Origin: Haloarculaceae archaeon
GTDB taxonomy: Archaea; Halobacteriota; Halobacteria; Halobacteriales; Haloarculaceae
Reading direction: 5' to 3'
Assembly: GCA_036625595.1 (NCBI GenBank)
Contig: JAZKTK010000002.1
Location: forward strand, 3,552 to 67,551
DNA: 64,000 nt
The notes under the pieces were generated by a model. That model saw only the letters and a list, made by a program, of their open reading frames with translations. It was not told where the DNA came from and ran no database searches. Position 1 is the stretch's first letter; each line of letters begins with the position of its first letter. A program made the translations under genes and the position numbers. Below are positions 54,809 to 63,737 of this stretch, in pieces.

Positions 54809-55651
54809 TCAGTACAGCGCCCCCGGCCCCGGTGGGAACTCGCGTTTGTGTGCACTCTGCTCGGACAGCCCGGCCACCCGCTCGACGAGGTCTACCTCGA
54901 CGCCGATGTGGTGTGCCGTCGCCGTCGGTGAGAGTGGCCCGTCGACGTGGAGTGCCAGAATCGAATCGAGCGTGTCGTAGTCGACGCCCATCTCCTCTTC
55001 GTCGGTCTGGTCTGCCCACAGCTCCGCACTCGCCGTCTTGGCTGCCAAATTGTCCGGGACGCCGAGGTGACGGGCCAGCTGTCGGACCTGCTGTTTGTAC
55101 AGCGGCGCAATCGGCAGACAGTCGACAGCGCCGTCACCGTACTTGGTGAAGTAGCCCACGAGTGCCTCGCTCCGGTTTCCAGTGCCCAGCACGAGCGCGT
55201 TCCGGCTGTTGGCCGCGAAATAATTGAGGACTGCGCGCATGCGTGCACGCAGGTTCCCCACCGCGGTCCGGGCACGGTCATCATCGTCCGCGTGCATCGG
55301 CTCGGGTGTCCCCTCCAGCACGGCATCGACCATCGGCCCGATTTCGACGACATCGTACTCGATGCCCAGCAGTTCGCTGGCGACGCGCTCGGCGTCGCTC
55401 ATGTTCTGCTCGCGGTTGACTTCGCTCGGCAGGACCAGTCCGTACACCGAGTCTGCACCGAGCGCCTCGACAGCGAGATACGCGGTGAGTGTGCTGTCGA
55501 TACCGCCGGAGAGGGCGATAATCGCCTCGCTGACGCCAGCAGCGTCCGTCGACGCTTCGATAAACGACGTGATGTGCTCGCGGTACGCCTCCAGTTCTGA
55601 CTCCGAGAGGGAGAGATCCAGCGGGTCTTCAGCACGAGCTACGTCAGACAT
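54809..55651 (-). CDS. nadE: NH3-dependent NAD+ synthetase
   Basis: The PP-loop is ALSGGIDSTLTAYL. NadE-type motifs include GTGNRSE..GYFTKYGDG and ELW..QTDE.E.G..Y..LD. Confidence 0.9.
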   Translation of the reverse strand: MSDVARAEDPLDLSLSESELEAYREHITSFIEASTDAAGVSEAIIALSGGIDSTLTAYLAVEALGADSVYGLVLPSEVNREQNMSDAERVASELLGIEYDVVEIGPMVDAVLEGTPEPMHADDDDRARTAVGNLRARMRAVLNYFAANSRNALVLGTGNRSEALVGYFTKYGDGAVDCLPIAPLYKQQVRQLARHLGVPDNLAAKTASAELWADQTDEEEMGVDYDTLDSILALHVDGPLSPTATAHHIGVEVDLVERVAGLSEQSAHKREFPPGPGALY

Positions 55652-55799
55652 GGACAGCGGTTAGGACTGCACGATAAAATATGGTCCGTTTGCCACACAA
55701 GAGTGGACACTTGTTAGATTTCAGAGGCACAAAGGAGTTCGCTGGTCGGGACTGAGCGAAATCAAAGATTCCGCGAAGGTCGTCGCGACACAGTCGCTA

Positions 55800-55873
55800 C
55801 GGGAATTGAACCCGACTGCGAGACGGTCACCCTCGCTCCGCTCGGGTGCTGCGACTCGCTTGCTCAATTCCCG
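55800..55873 (-). repeat. tRNA-like fragment / inverted T-arm repeat element downstream of tRNA-Gly
   Basis: CGGGAATTGA (55800-55809) and TCAATTCCCG (55864-55873) form a 10-bp inverted repeat derived from the tRNA-Gly T-arm sequence. They enclose the hairpin CACCC-TCGCTCCGCTC-GGGTG (55828-55848). No complete cloverleaf can be drawn. Confidence 0.6.
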
Positions 55874-55913
55874 GCTGCTCGTACACGACATTCACTGGCG
55901 TTCGTGTCGGTAC

Positions 55914-55984
55914 TGCGCCGGCCGGGAATTGAACCCGGGCTATGAGCTTGGGAAGCTCATGTCCTACCACTAGACCACCGGCGC
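55914..55984 (-). tRNA. tRNA-Gly (anticodon CCC)
   Basis: The reverse complement gives a 71-nt cloverleaf. Acceptor GCGCCGG pairs with CCGGCGC, and the anticodon stem UGAGC/GCUCA closes loop UUCCCAA. The T arm is CCGGG-UUCAAUU-CCCGG and the discriminator is A. Confidence 0.9.
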
Positions 55985-56017
55985 GCATCGCTCACTTCGG
56001 TCGCTCGCGTGCCGAGC

Positions 56018-56040
56018 CTCACCTCGTTCCGCTCGGTGAG
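56018..56040 (-). repeat. Hairpin CTCACC-TCGTTCCGCTC-GGTGAG upstream of tRNA-Gly, a paralog of the hairpin at 55828-55848
   Basis: The two hairpins have the same orientation and near-identical 11-nt loops (TCGYTCCGCTC). One lies 33 nt upstream of tRNA-Gly and the other sits inside the tRNA-like fragment. Confidence 0.6.
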
Positions 56041-56131
56041 ACACCGGCACTCACTACGTTCATAGACAGTCGTCGCGTAATGGATGTTTCCCTTCACCGT
56101 GCTGTTTTCACCCCCGAATTCCCCGACCGTT

Positions 56132-56386
56132 TCAGGGCTGATTCCGCGACTGGTCGAGAACGATATCTTCCTCAGCCAGTGAACTCCAGACGACGACACC
56201 AATCGCTGTTGCAGCGACGAGTACTACGAACAGCCTCGTGGCCGAATCGACCGCAAACACCGGCACCTCTGGAAAAAGAAAGGACAACGAGAGATATCCG
56301 AGCGACGCAACTCCCGTCAGCAGCGAGAGCACGACGACCCAGAAGCGAACGAGTGCGTGCATCGTTCGATACTGAACGTCCAGCAA
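56132..56386 (-). CDS. Small two-TM membrane protein (hypothetical)
   Basis: Hydrophobic helices are FWVVVLSLLTGVASLGYLSLSFLF and LFVVLVAATAIGVVVW. The start is ambiguous (56386 or 56362). Confidence 0.45.
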   Translation of the reverse strand: MLDVQYRTMHALVRFWVVVLSLLTGVASLGYLSLSFLFPEVPVFAVDSATRLFVVLVAATAIGVVVWSSLAEEDIVLDQSRNQP

Positions 56387-56431
56387 TATATCTCTTTCTC
56401 AATTTTGATACTGGTCCGCGAATTCGACGGG

Positions 56432-57421
56432 TCACTCCTCGTCCAACTGAGCGACAACTTCGCGGACGCGCTGGGACTGTTCGCGGGGGACAACGAGAGT
56501 CTTCCCGTCGTATGAGGCGACGACGAGACCGTCGACGCCGACAACACTGACGTGACCATCCGAGGCGAGAACGCAGTCTGACGCATCGATTGTCAGACCG
56601 TCACCGAGTATGACGGTACCGTCGCTATCACTGTCGAGAACGCGACCGACGGCGTCCCACGAGCCGAGGTCGTCCCACTCGAAACTTGCGGGGACGACGA
56701 ACACGTCGTCGGCGCGTTCGAGGACGGCGTAGTCGATGCTCACCGACTCGACGTCCCCGAACCCACGTTCAGGCTCGCCGTCGTCGAGTGCGTCGACCAG
56801 CGGTTCCAGTGGGGTGTCGCGTGCAGCGTCGAGGAGTGCGGTCGGCGTCCACGCGAAGATGCCAGCATTCCAGTAGTGGCCCGCCTCGACATACGCTTTT
56901 GCAGTGTCCTCGTCTGGTTTCTCGACGAACTGGGCGACTCGGGCGAAGCCGTTGGGTTGCTCACCGGGTTCGATGTAGCCGTAGCCGGTGGCTGGCCGGC
57001 TCGGCTCGACACCGACGGTGACCAGTCCCTCTGTCTCGGCAGCGACGCGGGCAGCAGTTCGGGCGGTGGTTGCGAAGTCGCCCGCGACGTAGTGGTCGCT
57101 TGGCAGCGAGAGCATGACACAGTCACCAATCTGCTCGTGGATGCGGTGGGCCGCGTAGACGAGCGCCGGTCCAGTGTCCCGGGGTTCGGGTTCGGTGAGA
57201 ACACCAGCTGCAGGCGCATGGTCGCGCACGTCATCCACGTACGCGGGCCGTGTCAGGACGTACGTCTCCTCGGCGAAGCCAGTCCGGTCGACAGTCCGAG
57301 TGAGCAACGAGCGGTCATCGCCGAACGAGAGGTGCTGTTTCGGTCGGTCGGGGCTGCTGGCTGGGTAGAGACGCGTGCCTTGACCGCCTGCCAGCACGAC
57401 AGCAACGAGCGGGAGGTCCAT
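56432..57421 (-). CDS. Sugar-phosphate nucleotidyltransferase (mannose-1-phosphate guanylyltransferase-like)
   Basis: The N-terminal G-loop is VVLAGGQGTRLYPAS..PKQ, and the GT-A nucleotidyltransferase pattern follows. I chose the ATG at 57421. Confidence 0.8.
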   Translation of the reverse strand: MDLPLVAVVLAGGQGTRLYPASSPDRPKQHLSFGDDRSLLTRTVDRTGFAEETYVLTRPAYVDDVRDHAPAAGVLTEPEPRDTGPALVYAAHRIHEQIGDCVMLSLPSDHYVAGDFATTARTAARVAAETEGLVTVGVEPSRPATGYGYIEPGEQPNGFARVAQFVEKPDEDTAKAYVEAGHYWNAGIFAWTPTALLDAARDTPLEPLVDALDDGEPERGFGDVESVSIDYAVLERADDVFVVPASFEWDDLGSWDAVGRVLDSDSDGTVILGDGLTIDASDCVLASDGHVSVVGVDGLVVASYDGKTLVVPREQSQRVREVVAQLDEE

Positions 57422-57475
57422 ATCCACACCACGGCAAACAGCCACTAAATCCCCGGTGGAACGCTCGATGCGGGC

Positions 57476-57763
57476 CTACTCCCAGGTCTCGATACAGCCG
57501 GCGTGGATGTCCTCGACACAGCCCTGGCAGTCGGGGTGGTCGCTCTCGAAACAGGCCGGCCGAGCGTCGGCGTCGAGTCTGGCGGCCCGGCGCTCGGCAT
57601 AGCGGCGGCAGACGATCTGGGCCCGACCCTCGTCGTCAGTCGGGAGGTCCGCAAGCGCGCTCTGGCGTGCGCTATCGAACGCGCGCCGGGCCTCCTCGTA
57701 CTGTCGGCCCGCGTTCCGAATGGTGGTCTGCAAAAAGCGCGTCAGCCGGTCCCGGTCGGTCAT
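57476..57763 (-). CDS. Small Cys-rich conserved hypothetical protein
   Basis: The product MTDRDRLTRFL... ends with the Cys cluster C...CFESDHPDCQGCVEDIHAGC. I chose the ATG at 57763. Confidence 0.5.
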   Translation of the reverse strand: MTDRDRLTRFLQTTIRNAGRQYEEARRAFDSARQSALADLPTDDEGRAQIVCRRYAERRAARLDADARPACFESDHPDCQGCVEDIHAGCIETWE

Positions 57764-57962
57764 TGCAGGTCGTTCGGCCGGCACGCACAAAATCCCGTCG
57801 GCAACTGCGAAGCCAACCGAAACGGAGGTATCCGAGGCGTTCACGTCGGTCGGTCACCGCCCGACTGCACCACTTTCACCCCGCCTACGGAACTTTTTAT
57901 ACCAGTGGGAACCAAACAGCGTATGTCTCCCATCGAAAACAACGCGGAGACAGTGAACACCA

Positions 57963-58901
57963 ATGACTGAGACAGATTTGCGTACCCACGCAGAGGAGAT
58001 ACACGACCAGTTTTCCGACCGCCTCGACCTCACCGTCGAGGAGGTCCAAGAGCGACTCGAGACGCTCGTCGACGAGTACAAAGTGCCCGTTAGCGAGGCA
58101 CGGCGCAGCGTCACCAACACCTATCTCGACGACGCGGGCATGGACCGCGACGACCTGATGGGTGGTGGGGGCAACGAGACCAAGGAAGTCCAGGATATCG
58201 ACACCGCCGAGGAGTGGATAGACATCACCGCGAAGGTTGTCGAACTCTGGGACGCCCGGAGCGACGCCGTTGCACAGGTTGGGCTGCTCGGTGACGAGAC
58301 GGGAACTGTGAAGTTCACCAAGTGGTCGAAATCCGACCTCCCCGAACTCGAAGAAGGGAACGTTTACAGCCTGCGAAACGTCGTCACCGACGAGTACGAG
58401 GGTCGGTTCTCGGTGAAACTCAACCGGACGACGACCATCGAAGAACTCGACGAGGACATCGAAGTCGGCGACGACAGCGTCGAAGTCGAAGGCGCACTCG
58501 TCGACATCCAGTCCGGGTCGGGACTCATCAAGCGCTGTCCGGAGGAGGACTGCACGCGCGTCCTCCAGAACGGCCGCTGCAGCGAACACGGCGAAGTCGA
58601 AGGCGAGTTCGACCTCCGCATCAAGGGCGTGCTGGACGACGGCGACAGCGTCCACGAGGTCATCTTCGACCAGGAAGCCACGGAGAATCTCACAGGCATT
58701 CCGCTCGAAGAAGCAAAGGAGATGGCGATGGACGCACTCGACACCTCCGTCGTCGCCGACGAGATGCGCGAGAAGACGCTCGGACGATACTACCGCGTGA
58801 CGGGGCCGACGCTCGGTCGGTACGTCCTGGCGAACGAGACCGAACAGCTGACCGATGCAGTCGACCCTGAAGCTGCCCTGATCAAAGCGAGGTCGATCTA
58901 G
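57963..58901 (+). CDS. rpa3: Replication protein A (single-stranded DNA-binding protein, Rpa3-type: one OB fold + zinc finger)
   Basis: The OB-fold segment is ITAKVVELWD...GLLGDETGTVKFTKW and the zinc finger is RCPEEDCTRVLQNGRCSEHG. The gene is followed immediately by the COG3390-type partner gene, as in the Haloferax volcanii rpa3 operon. Confidence 0.85.
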   Translation: MTETDLRTHAEEIHDQFSDRLDLTVEEVQERLETLVDEYKVPVSEARRSVTNTYLDDAGMDRDDLMGGGGNETKEVQDIDTAEEWIDITAKVVELWDARSDAVAQVGLLGDETGTVKFTKWSKSDLPELEEGNVYSLRNVVTDEYEGRFSVKLNRTTTIEELDEDIEVGDDSVEVEGALVDIQSGSGLIKRCPEEDCTRVLQNGRCSEHGEVEGEFDLRIKGVLDDGDSVHEVIFDQEATENLTGIPLEEAKEMAMDALDTSVVADEMREKTLGRYYRVTGPTLGRYVLANETEQLTDAVDPEAALIKARSI

Positions 58902-59501
58902 ATGGCGAGTACACCCACCCGCGAAGTCGCCCGCCGCGTCTTCGCACGCGAGTTCAACGACGCAACGTACACGTTCAAAGAGAGCGACGACGAGCGCGCG
59001 CCCGTCTACGTCCTCCTGCCGACCGGGCAGCGAGCGAACCGCGTGTTCATCGTTGGCACACTCACCGAAACCGAGGACGTGGGCGAGGATTCCGAATACT
59101 GGCAAGGCCGGGTCGTCGACCCGAACGGTGACACCTTCTTTACCTACGCTGGCCAGTACCAGCCCGATGCCGCCTCGATGCTCCGGGAACTCGAACCACC
59201 TGCCTACGTCGCCGTCGTGGGCAAACCCCGGACCTACGAAACCGACGAGGGCGAGGTGAACGTCTCGGTCCGTCCCGAATCAATCAACGAAGTCGGTGAC
59301 GGAGAGCGCGACCGCTGGGTCGTCGAGACGGCAGAGCGGACCATCGAACGGATTCAGGCGTTCGAACGGGACGACACCGCCGACGAGTACGTCGAGATGG
59401 CCCACGAGCAGTACGACCACCCCGTCGAGAACTACAAGCGGATGGTCGAAGACGCCCTCGAAAGTCTCGAAGGCGAACAGGCCGAAGCCAGCGCAGACTG
59501 A
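58902..59501 (+). CDS. rpap3: RPA-associated protein (COG3390 family, Rpap3-type)
   Basis: The ATG directly abuts the rpa3 stop. The OB-like pattern is RVFAREFNDAT...RVFIVGTLTE...WQGRVVDPNGDTFF.YAGQYQP. Confidence 0.8.
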   Translation: MASTPTREVARRVFAREFNDATYTFKESDDERAPVYVLLPTGQRANRVFIVGTLTETEDVGEDSEYWQGRVVDPNGDTFFTYAGQYQPDAASMLRELEPPAYVAVVGKPRTYETDEGEVNVSVRPESINEVGDGERDRWVVETAERTIERIQAFERDDTADEYVEMAHEQYDHPVENYKRMVEDALESLEGEQAEASAD

Positions 59502-59545
59502 TCGCCAGGACGCCCACTTCGACTTGCAGTCCCGCCGCCGTCTAG

Positions 59546-59551
59546 TTTTTT
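59546..59551 (+). terminator. Oligo-T terminator candidate after rpap3
   Basis: A T6 run lies 45 nt after the rpap3 stop. Confidence 0.4.
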
Positions 59552-59622
59552 CCGCACGTGTCAGTTCCGTGTAATCGTCTGACAAACCGTTAAGTGGACG
59601 GAGCGACGACAGGACGCTAGCA

Positions 59623-60072
59623 ATGGGCAACAAAAACAAAACAATCTCCTTTCGCGTCAGCCAGGAGAAGTTCGAGACGCTCCGGGATATCGCGGAGGAG
59701 CGTGACATCTCGCTGTCTGCCGTCTTCCGGGACTACGTGGACATGCTCGTTGCCCACGATGGCCAGGTCGAAGTCGTCCCAGAACACGAGGTCAGCGAAT
59801 CCAGCGGCTCCGCCAGCAGCACGGCCGAAACCTTCCCGCCGAAGGTCGAGGTACCCAAGAGTTTCGTCCGCGAACACGAGCGACTGGAACTGGAGGCCGA
59901 ACACCTCCGCGAACAACTCGAAGAGCACAAGCGCTACGTGACAAAGCTCCGTCAGGAGCTCGACGAGGCCGACCAGGAGGACGTCGTTCAACTCGAAGAC
60001 CTAGATGGCGAAGAGGAGGATGGCGAACCCTCCTACCGCATCGGCAGTAGCTTCGACGAATCGAACTTCTGA
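59623..60072 (+). CDS. Ribbon-helix-helix (CopG-like) DNA-binding protein with a coiled-coil and acidic tail
   Basis: The N-terminal KTISFRVSQEKFETLRDIAEERDISLSAVFRDYV is an RHH pattern. LELEAEHLREQLEEHKRYVTKLRQELDE forms a coiled coil. Confidence 0.7.
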   Translation: MGNKNKTISFRVSQEKFETLRDIAEERDISLSAVFRDYVDMLVAHDGQVEVVPEHEVSESSGSASSTAETFPPKVEVPKSFVREHERLELEAEHLREQLEEHKRYVTKLRQELDEADQEDVVQLEDLDGEEEDGEPSYRIGSSFDESNF

Positions 60073-60099
60073 CCGCGGCTGTTCTGGGGTATCGCCGTT

Positions 60100-60555
60100 T
60101 TACCGGACGAGGTTCCCACGGAGTTGCTGGGCCTGTTTTGCCGCGTCATGGTGACCCTCGACATCTGCGAGCGTCTCGACTGCTTCGAGCGTCCGGACGC
60201 TGTTGTCGAGAAAAGAGAGTACGTCGCCCGGATACGCATAGAGCATGTAGTCGTCGCCCATCACGTCGACGATGGCGTCGGGACCAAGCCCCTGCTCGCG
60301 CAGTTCCAGCAGGTAGCGGACGAACTTCTCCTCGGCACAGCCACAGTGGGGGCTGGCCTGGCAGTCACAGTCCAGAAAGTCTTCTGCGAAGTCGAGGATG
60401 CGGTCCTGTGTGGCGTCGTCGAGTTTGGCCAGTCCCTCACCCTGAAAGAGGATGTCCAGCGTCGCCCCTGAGAAGGCACTCTTGGGGAACGAGGTCTCGA
60501 TCTGTGAGACGAGTTGCTGGTGGTTCTTGATGTAGATTTTGTCCGTGATGGCCAC
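60100..60555 (-). CDS. Conserved archaeal hypothetical protein with a Cys cluster (CDCQASPHCGC)
   Basis: 151-aa ORF with good composition. It has a Cys-rich metal-binding-like motif and I cannot name a family confidently. Confidence 0.65.
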   Translation of the reverse strand: MAITDKIYIKNHQQLVSQIETSFPKSAFSGATLDILFQGEGLAKLDDATQDRILDFAEDFLDCDCQASPHCGCAEEKFVRYLLELREQGLGPDAIVDVMGDDYMLYAYPGDVLSFLDNSVRTLEAVETLADVEGHHDAAKQAQQLRGNLVR

Positions 60556-60683
60556 GCGTACCCGACAGTAAGGGGTTGAGGGGCAAAAGCCCCTCGAAAG
60601 GGTGTGTGAGACTGTGACGCCACCCCTGAGAGTCGTAACGTATTTCAGGTGCCACAGTCCTACCTTTTGATGCGCCTCAGCGT

Positions 60684-60755
60684 GTCCGGGCTGGGGTAGT
60701 GGTATCCTTCAGCCTTGTGGGGGCTGAGACGTGGGTTCAATTCCCGCGCCCGGAC
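60684..60755 (+). tRNA. tRNA-His (anticodon GUG) with encoded G-1
   Basis: G-1 pairs with C73. Acceptor UCCGGGC pairs with GCCCGGA, and the anticodon stem CAGCC/GGCUG closes loop UUGUGGG. The T arm is GUGGG-UUCAAUU-CCCGC. The D arm is slightly irregular. Confidence 0.85.
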
Positions 60756-60864
60756 TTGAAATTATATAACCATCAGTTATAGCTACAATAGAGACGGCTA
60801 TTACGTCCACTTACACTGCGGCAGGCCGAGATTCAAATAATAACGAAACGTAACCGTCGGTAAC

Positions 60865-61713
60865 ATGGTGGAACATGACTGTCCCACTTGTGGGGTAACT
60901 TTCGACAGTAGGCGGGGTCTGGGAGTACACCACAGTTCAGTCCACGACGAGCGGTTGCCCAACAGAGAGTGCAACGAGTGCGAGTCAGCATTTTACTGTG
61001 AGTACGAGAGAAAATACTGTTCTGAAACGTGTCGTAAAAAAGCAGTTACGTTTGCTGGCGCGGAAAATCCAAATTACGACGGCGGGAAAGACACAACACT
61101 GTGTGAGTTCTGTGGTGATGAATTTGAATACTATCCATCCGAAAAAGAAGGGTTGTACTGTCCATCGTGTGTCGAGACAGAAGACTGGCGGGACCCACCT
61201 ATAATCAGAGAAGACGACCATCCACGGTGGAATGGCGGGAAAGTAGAGGTAGACTGTGCTGTCTGTGACAAAACTGTCGAACGCTATCCGAGTCATATCA
61301 ACGGCGAAGCAACACTCTGCAGTGACGAGTGTCGATACGATTGGCTCTCAGAGACGTTCACTGGCGACGGCCACCCCAACTGGAAGGGTGGCGACACGGG
61401 CAACTACGGTCCGGGGTGGAACCGTGTCCGTCGAGAGGCGCTCGAACGAGACGGACACGAATGCGTACTCTGTGGGGCGACAAAAGCCGACATCGGCCGC
61501 AATCCGGACGTTCACCACATCGTCCCGGTGCGGGTGTTCGCCGAGAGCGACGGATGCGAGAAGACCGACGCACACCGTCTTGACAACGTCATTTCGCTGT
61601 GTCTCCCCTGCCACCGAAAGGCCGACTTCGGACAGGTATCGAAAGAGCGTCTCTGGGGTGAACTCGGTGTGGAATCCGACGACCGGCCACTGAGCAGCGG
61701 AAGCACAGCCTGA
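60865..61713 (+). CDS. HNH endonuclease with multiple zinc fingers and repeated NP.W.GG motifs
   Basis: The N-terminal C2H2 finger is CPTCG...HHSSVH. The motif repeats three times (NPNYDGGK, HPRWNGGK, HPNWKGGD), each next to a CxxC pair. The C-terminal HNH core is ECVLCG...VHHIVP...N...LCLPCHRK. The first half is visibly less GC-rich than neighbouring genes. Confidence 0.85.
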   Translation: MVEHDCPTCGVTFDSRRGLGVHHSSVHDERLPNRECNECESAFYCEYERKYCSETCRKKAVTFAGAENPNYDGGKDTTLCEFCGDEFEYYPSEKEGLYCPSCVETEDWRDPPIIREDDHPRWNGGKVEVDCAVCDKTVERYPSHINGEATLCSDECRYDWLSETFTGDGHPNWKGGDTGNYGPGWNRVRREALERDGHECVLCGATKADIGRNPDVHHIVPVRVFAESDGCEKTDAHRLDNVISLCLPCHRKADFGQVSKERLWGELGVESDDRPLSSGSTA

Positions 61714-61978
61714 GCTACCAAATCGTATTCTCTAAAAAGATACCGTGGTCTCTCGCTCAGAACTCCTGAACAGCGAGCCACGCTTCGTCGTCTTCTGGCT
61801 CACGCTCCGTCCGCGTTCGCCGCCCTGCCAGACGGGTTCGCTCGTCTGTTTCCCTCCATCTTTCGAGCATGTGGAATCGAACTCATCGCGACCGACGTCA
61901 ACAACATACATTCGCATATAGGTCCGTATCAGTGTCACACAGAGTGTTCACGGATGCGACAGACGGAAACGACGACTC

Positions 61979-62398
61979 TCAGACGACGCCGAGTTGCTGG
62001 AACATCCCGAAGCGGTCGAAGACGAGCGTGTACTCGTCGATGAGGCCCTCTTCGAGTGTGGCAACGCCGACGCCTTTCGCTTCGAAGGATTCCCCCGTCG
62101 GCGGGATGTCTGCGAGTTCGCCCTTCTGGGTGCCGCGGACGACGTACTCGAAGGTGATTTCCCCATCGTCGACGACAGTTTCCGTGATGTCGGCTTCGAG
62201 GTCGGGGACGGCCTGCTGCCACATTCTGGCCTGGTCGACGAGGTCCTCGACAGTGCCGTCCTCGATACCAGCAGTGGAGTAGGTCGCATCGTCGGTGTAG
62301 AACTGGTGTGTTTTCTCGACATCGCCCCGATTCAACGTCGCGATACAGCCCAGATGGACGAGCGTCTCGGGGTCGAGGTCGGACGGGTCTTTACTCAT
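61979..62398 (-). CDS. SnoaL-like ester/polyketide cyclase family protein
   Basis: The pattern is ...NRGD......Y.DD......G.....E........A.PDL...I....... followed by GT..GEL..IPPTG..F...GV. I chose the ATG at 62398. Confidence 0.7.
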   Translation of the reverse strand: MSKDPSDLDPETLVHLGCIATLNRGDVEKTHQFYTDDATYSTAGIEDGTVEDLVDQARMWQQAVPDLEADITETVVDDGEITFEYVVRGTQKGELADIPPTGESFEAKGVGVATLEEGLIDEYTLVFDRFGMFQQLGVV

Positions 62399-62440
62399 AC
62401 GGATAGTATACACCAGCACGCGGTATCAGTGTGCTGGCTT

Positions 62441-63634
62441 TCAGGGTTGTGACTGCCAGCCGTCGGCCTCACCCGCCTCAGTCGAGGGTTTATCGAACTG
62501 TCCACTCGTTTTGATAATCGACAGGGCAGTCATGATATCCGTCCGAGTCAACAGCCCCACAAACTCCTCGTCGGCGACGATGAGTCGGCCGATGCTGTTC
62601 TCCTGCATCTCCGTCAGTGCCTCCATGACATCGGCCGCCGGGTGAACAGTGTGAATGTCCCGCGACATCACGTCGCCGACGGTGTACGCGTCCTGTTCGA
62701 CATCCCTGACTGCACGTGCGTCCTCCAGCGTGACGATACCGACAATCTCACCGTCTCGTTCGACCGGGTAGCCGGTGTGCCGATACGCGAGCATCTTCTC
62801 GACGAGCGTGGCGACCGAGGTGTCCTCGTCGACCGTCTCGACGCGGTCGGCCGGCGTCATGATGTCGGCAACCGTAACGCCCTCGAAGGCCGCGCGCATG
62901 ATGGTCTGCTGGGCTTCGCTGGACGCGCCGATGTAGATGAAGAAGGCAAGCGCAATCAGGAAGGGGTTGAACACGACGAACACGCCGGCCAGTCCGAGGA
63001 AGATAGCGAACACCTTGCCGACCTCCGCAGCAATCTTCGTCGCCTGTGCGTACGGACGGTTCCGAACGAGCAACGCCCGCAGGACGCGCCCACCGTCCAT
63101 CGGAAACCCCGGGAGCATGTTGAACACTGCCAGCGCGACGTTCATCACGGCCAGATACCCAAGCAGGAATCGAATCGCCTCCAGCGCCAGTGTCTCGGAT
63201 GGCGGCACGAGGAGAAACGCCCCGTAGGAAATCACACCCAGTGCGACGCTGACGATGGGACCGGCAATGGCGACGTACAGTTCCTGTTGCCACTCCTCCG
63301 GGAACTCCTCCAGTTGGGCGATACCGCCAAAGAGCCAGAGCGTAATCGAGTCGATAGCAACGCCGTAGCGCATCGCCACGAGCGAATGCCCCAGTTCGTG
63401 GAGGACGATACCAGCGAAAAGGCCGAGAGCAGCCGTCAGCCCGAGTATCCACGAGACGGGCGGGTCCGAGAGCGGAGCCGGGTCGATGTTGGCCGCCCAG
63501 AACTGGTTGAGCATCCCCGTCCAGGTTCCCACCTGTATCGCGATGACCACCGCAAACAGTGGGAGGACGAGCAGAAAGGTCAGATCCAGTTTGATGGGGA
63601 TGCCGAAGGCAGAGCCGATACGAAACCGACGCAT
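62441..63634 (-). CDS. Site-2 protease family (M50) zinc metalloprotease with a C-terminal CBS pair
   Basis: The HEXXH motif is HELGHSLV and the second S2P motif is NMLPGFPMDGGRVL. The C-terminus has tandem CBS-like segments (VADIMTP...GIVTLED; VGDVMSRD...GLLTRTD). Confidence 0.88.
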   Translation of the reverse strand: MRRFRIGSAFGIPIKLDLTFLLVLPLFAVVIAIQVGTWTGMLNQFWAANIDPAPLSDPPVSWILGLTAALGLFAGIVLHELGHSLVAMRYGVAIDSITLWLFGGIAQLEEFPEEWQQELYVAIAGPIVSVALGVISYGAFLLVPPSETLALEAIRFLLGYLAVMNVALAVFNMLPGFPMDGGRVLRALLVRNRPYAQATKIAAEVGKVFAIFLGLAGVFVVFNPFLIALAFFIYIGASSEAQQTIMRAAFEGVTVADIMTPADRVETVDEDTSVATLVEKMLAYRHTGYPVERDGEIVGIVTLEDARAVRDVEQDAYTVGDVMSRDIHTVHPAADVMEALTEMQENSIGRLIVADEEFVGLLTRTDIMTALSIIKTSGQFDKPSTEAGEADGWQSQP

Positions 63635-63737
63635 ACCTCAGCCTACGACTGGCGCACTCTTAAAGCGTGGTTCGACGGCAGTGTGGAACGACCGTTCCGT
63701 CGACACTGCTTAGCCGCTCGCCACCGAACGGTACTGC

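Noticed and set aside
55795-55880. A functional tRNA (for example tRNA-Ala with a CUCGCAG loop, anticodon CGC, or an A1:U72 initiator-like tRNA).
   Set aside because: The putative anticodon stem would have to share bases with the T stem. Only ~13 nt lie between the D-like arm and the T arm. The acceptor has an A:A mismatch and the T stem a U:U closing pair. I treat it as a fragment or repeat rather than a gene.
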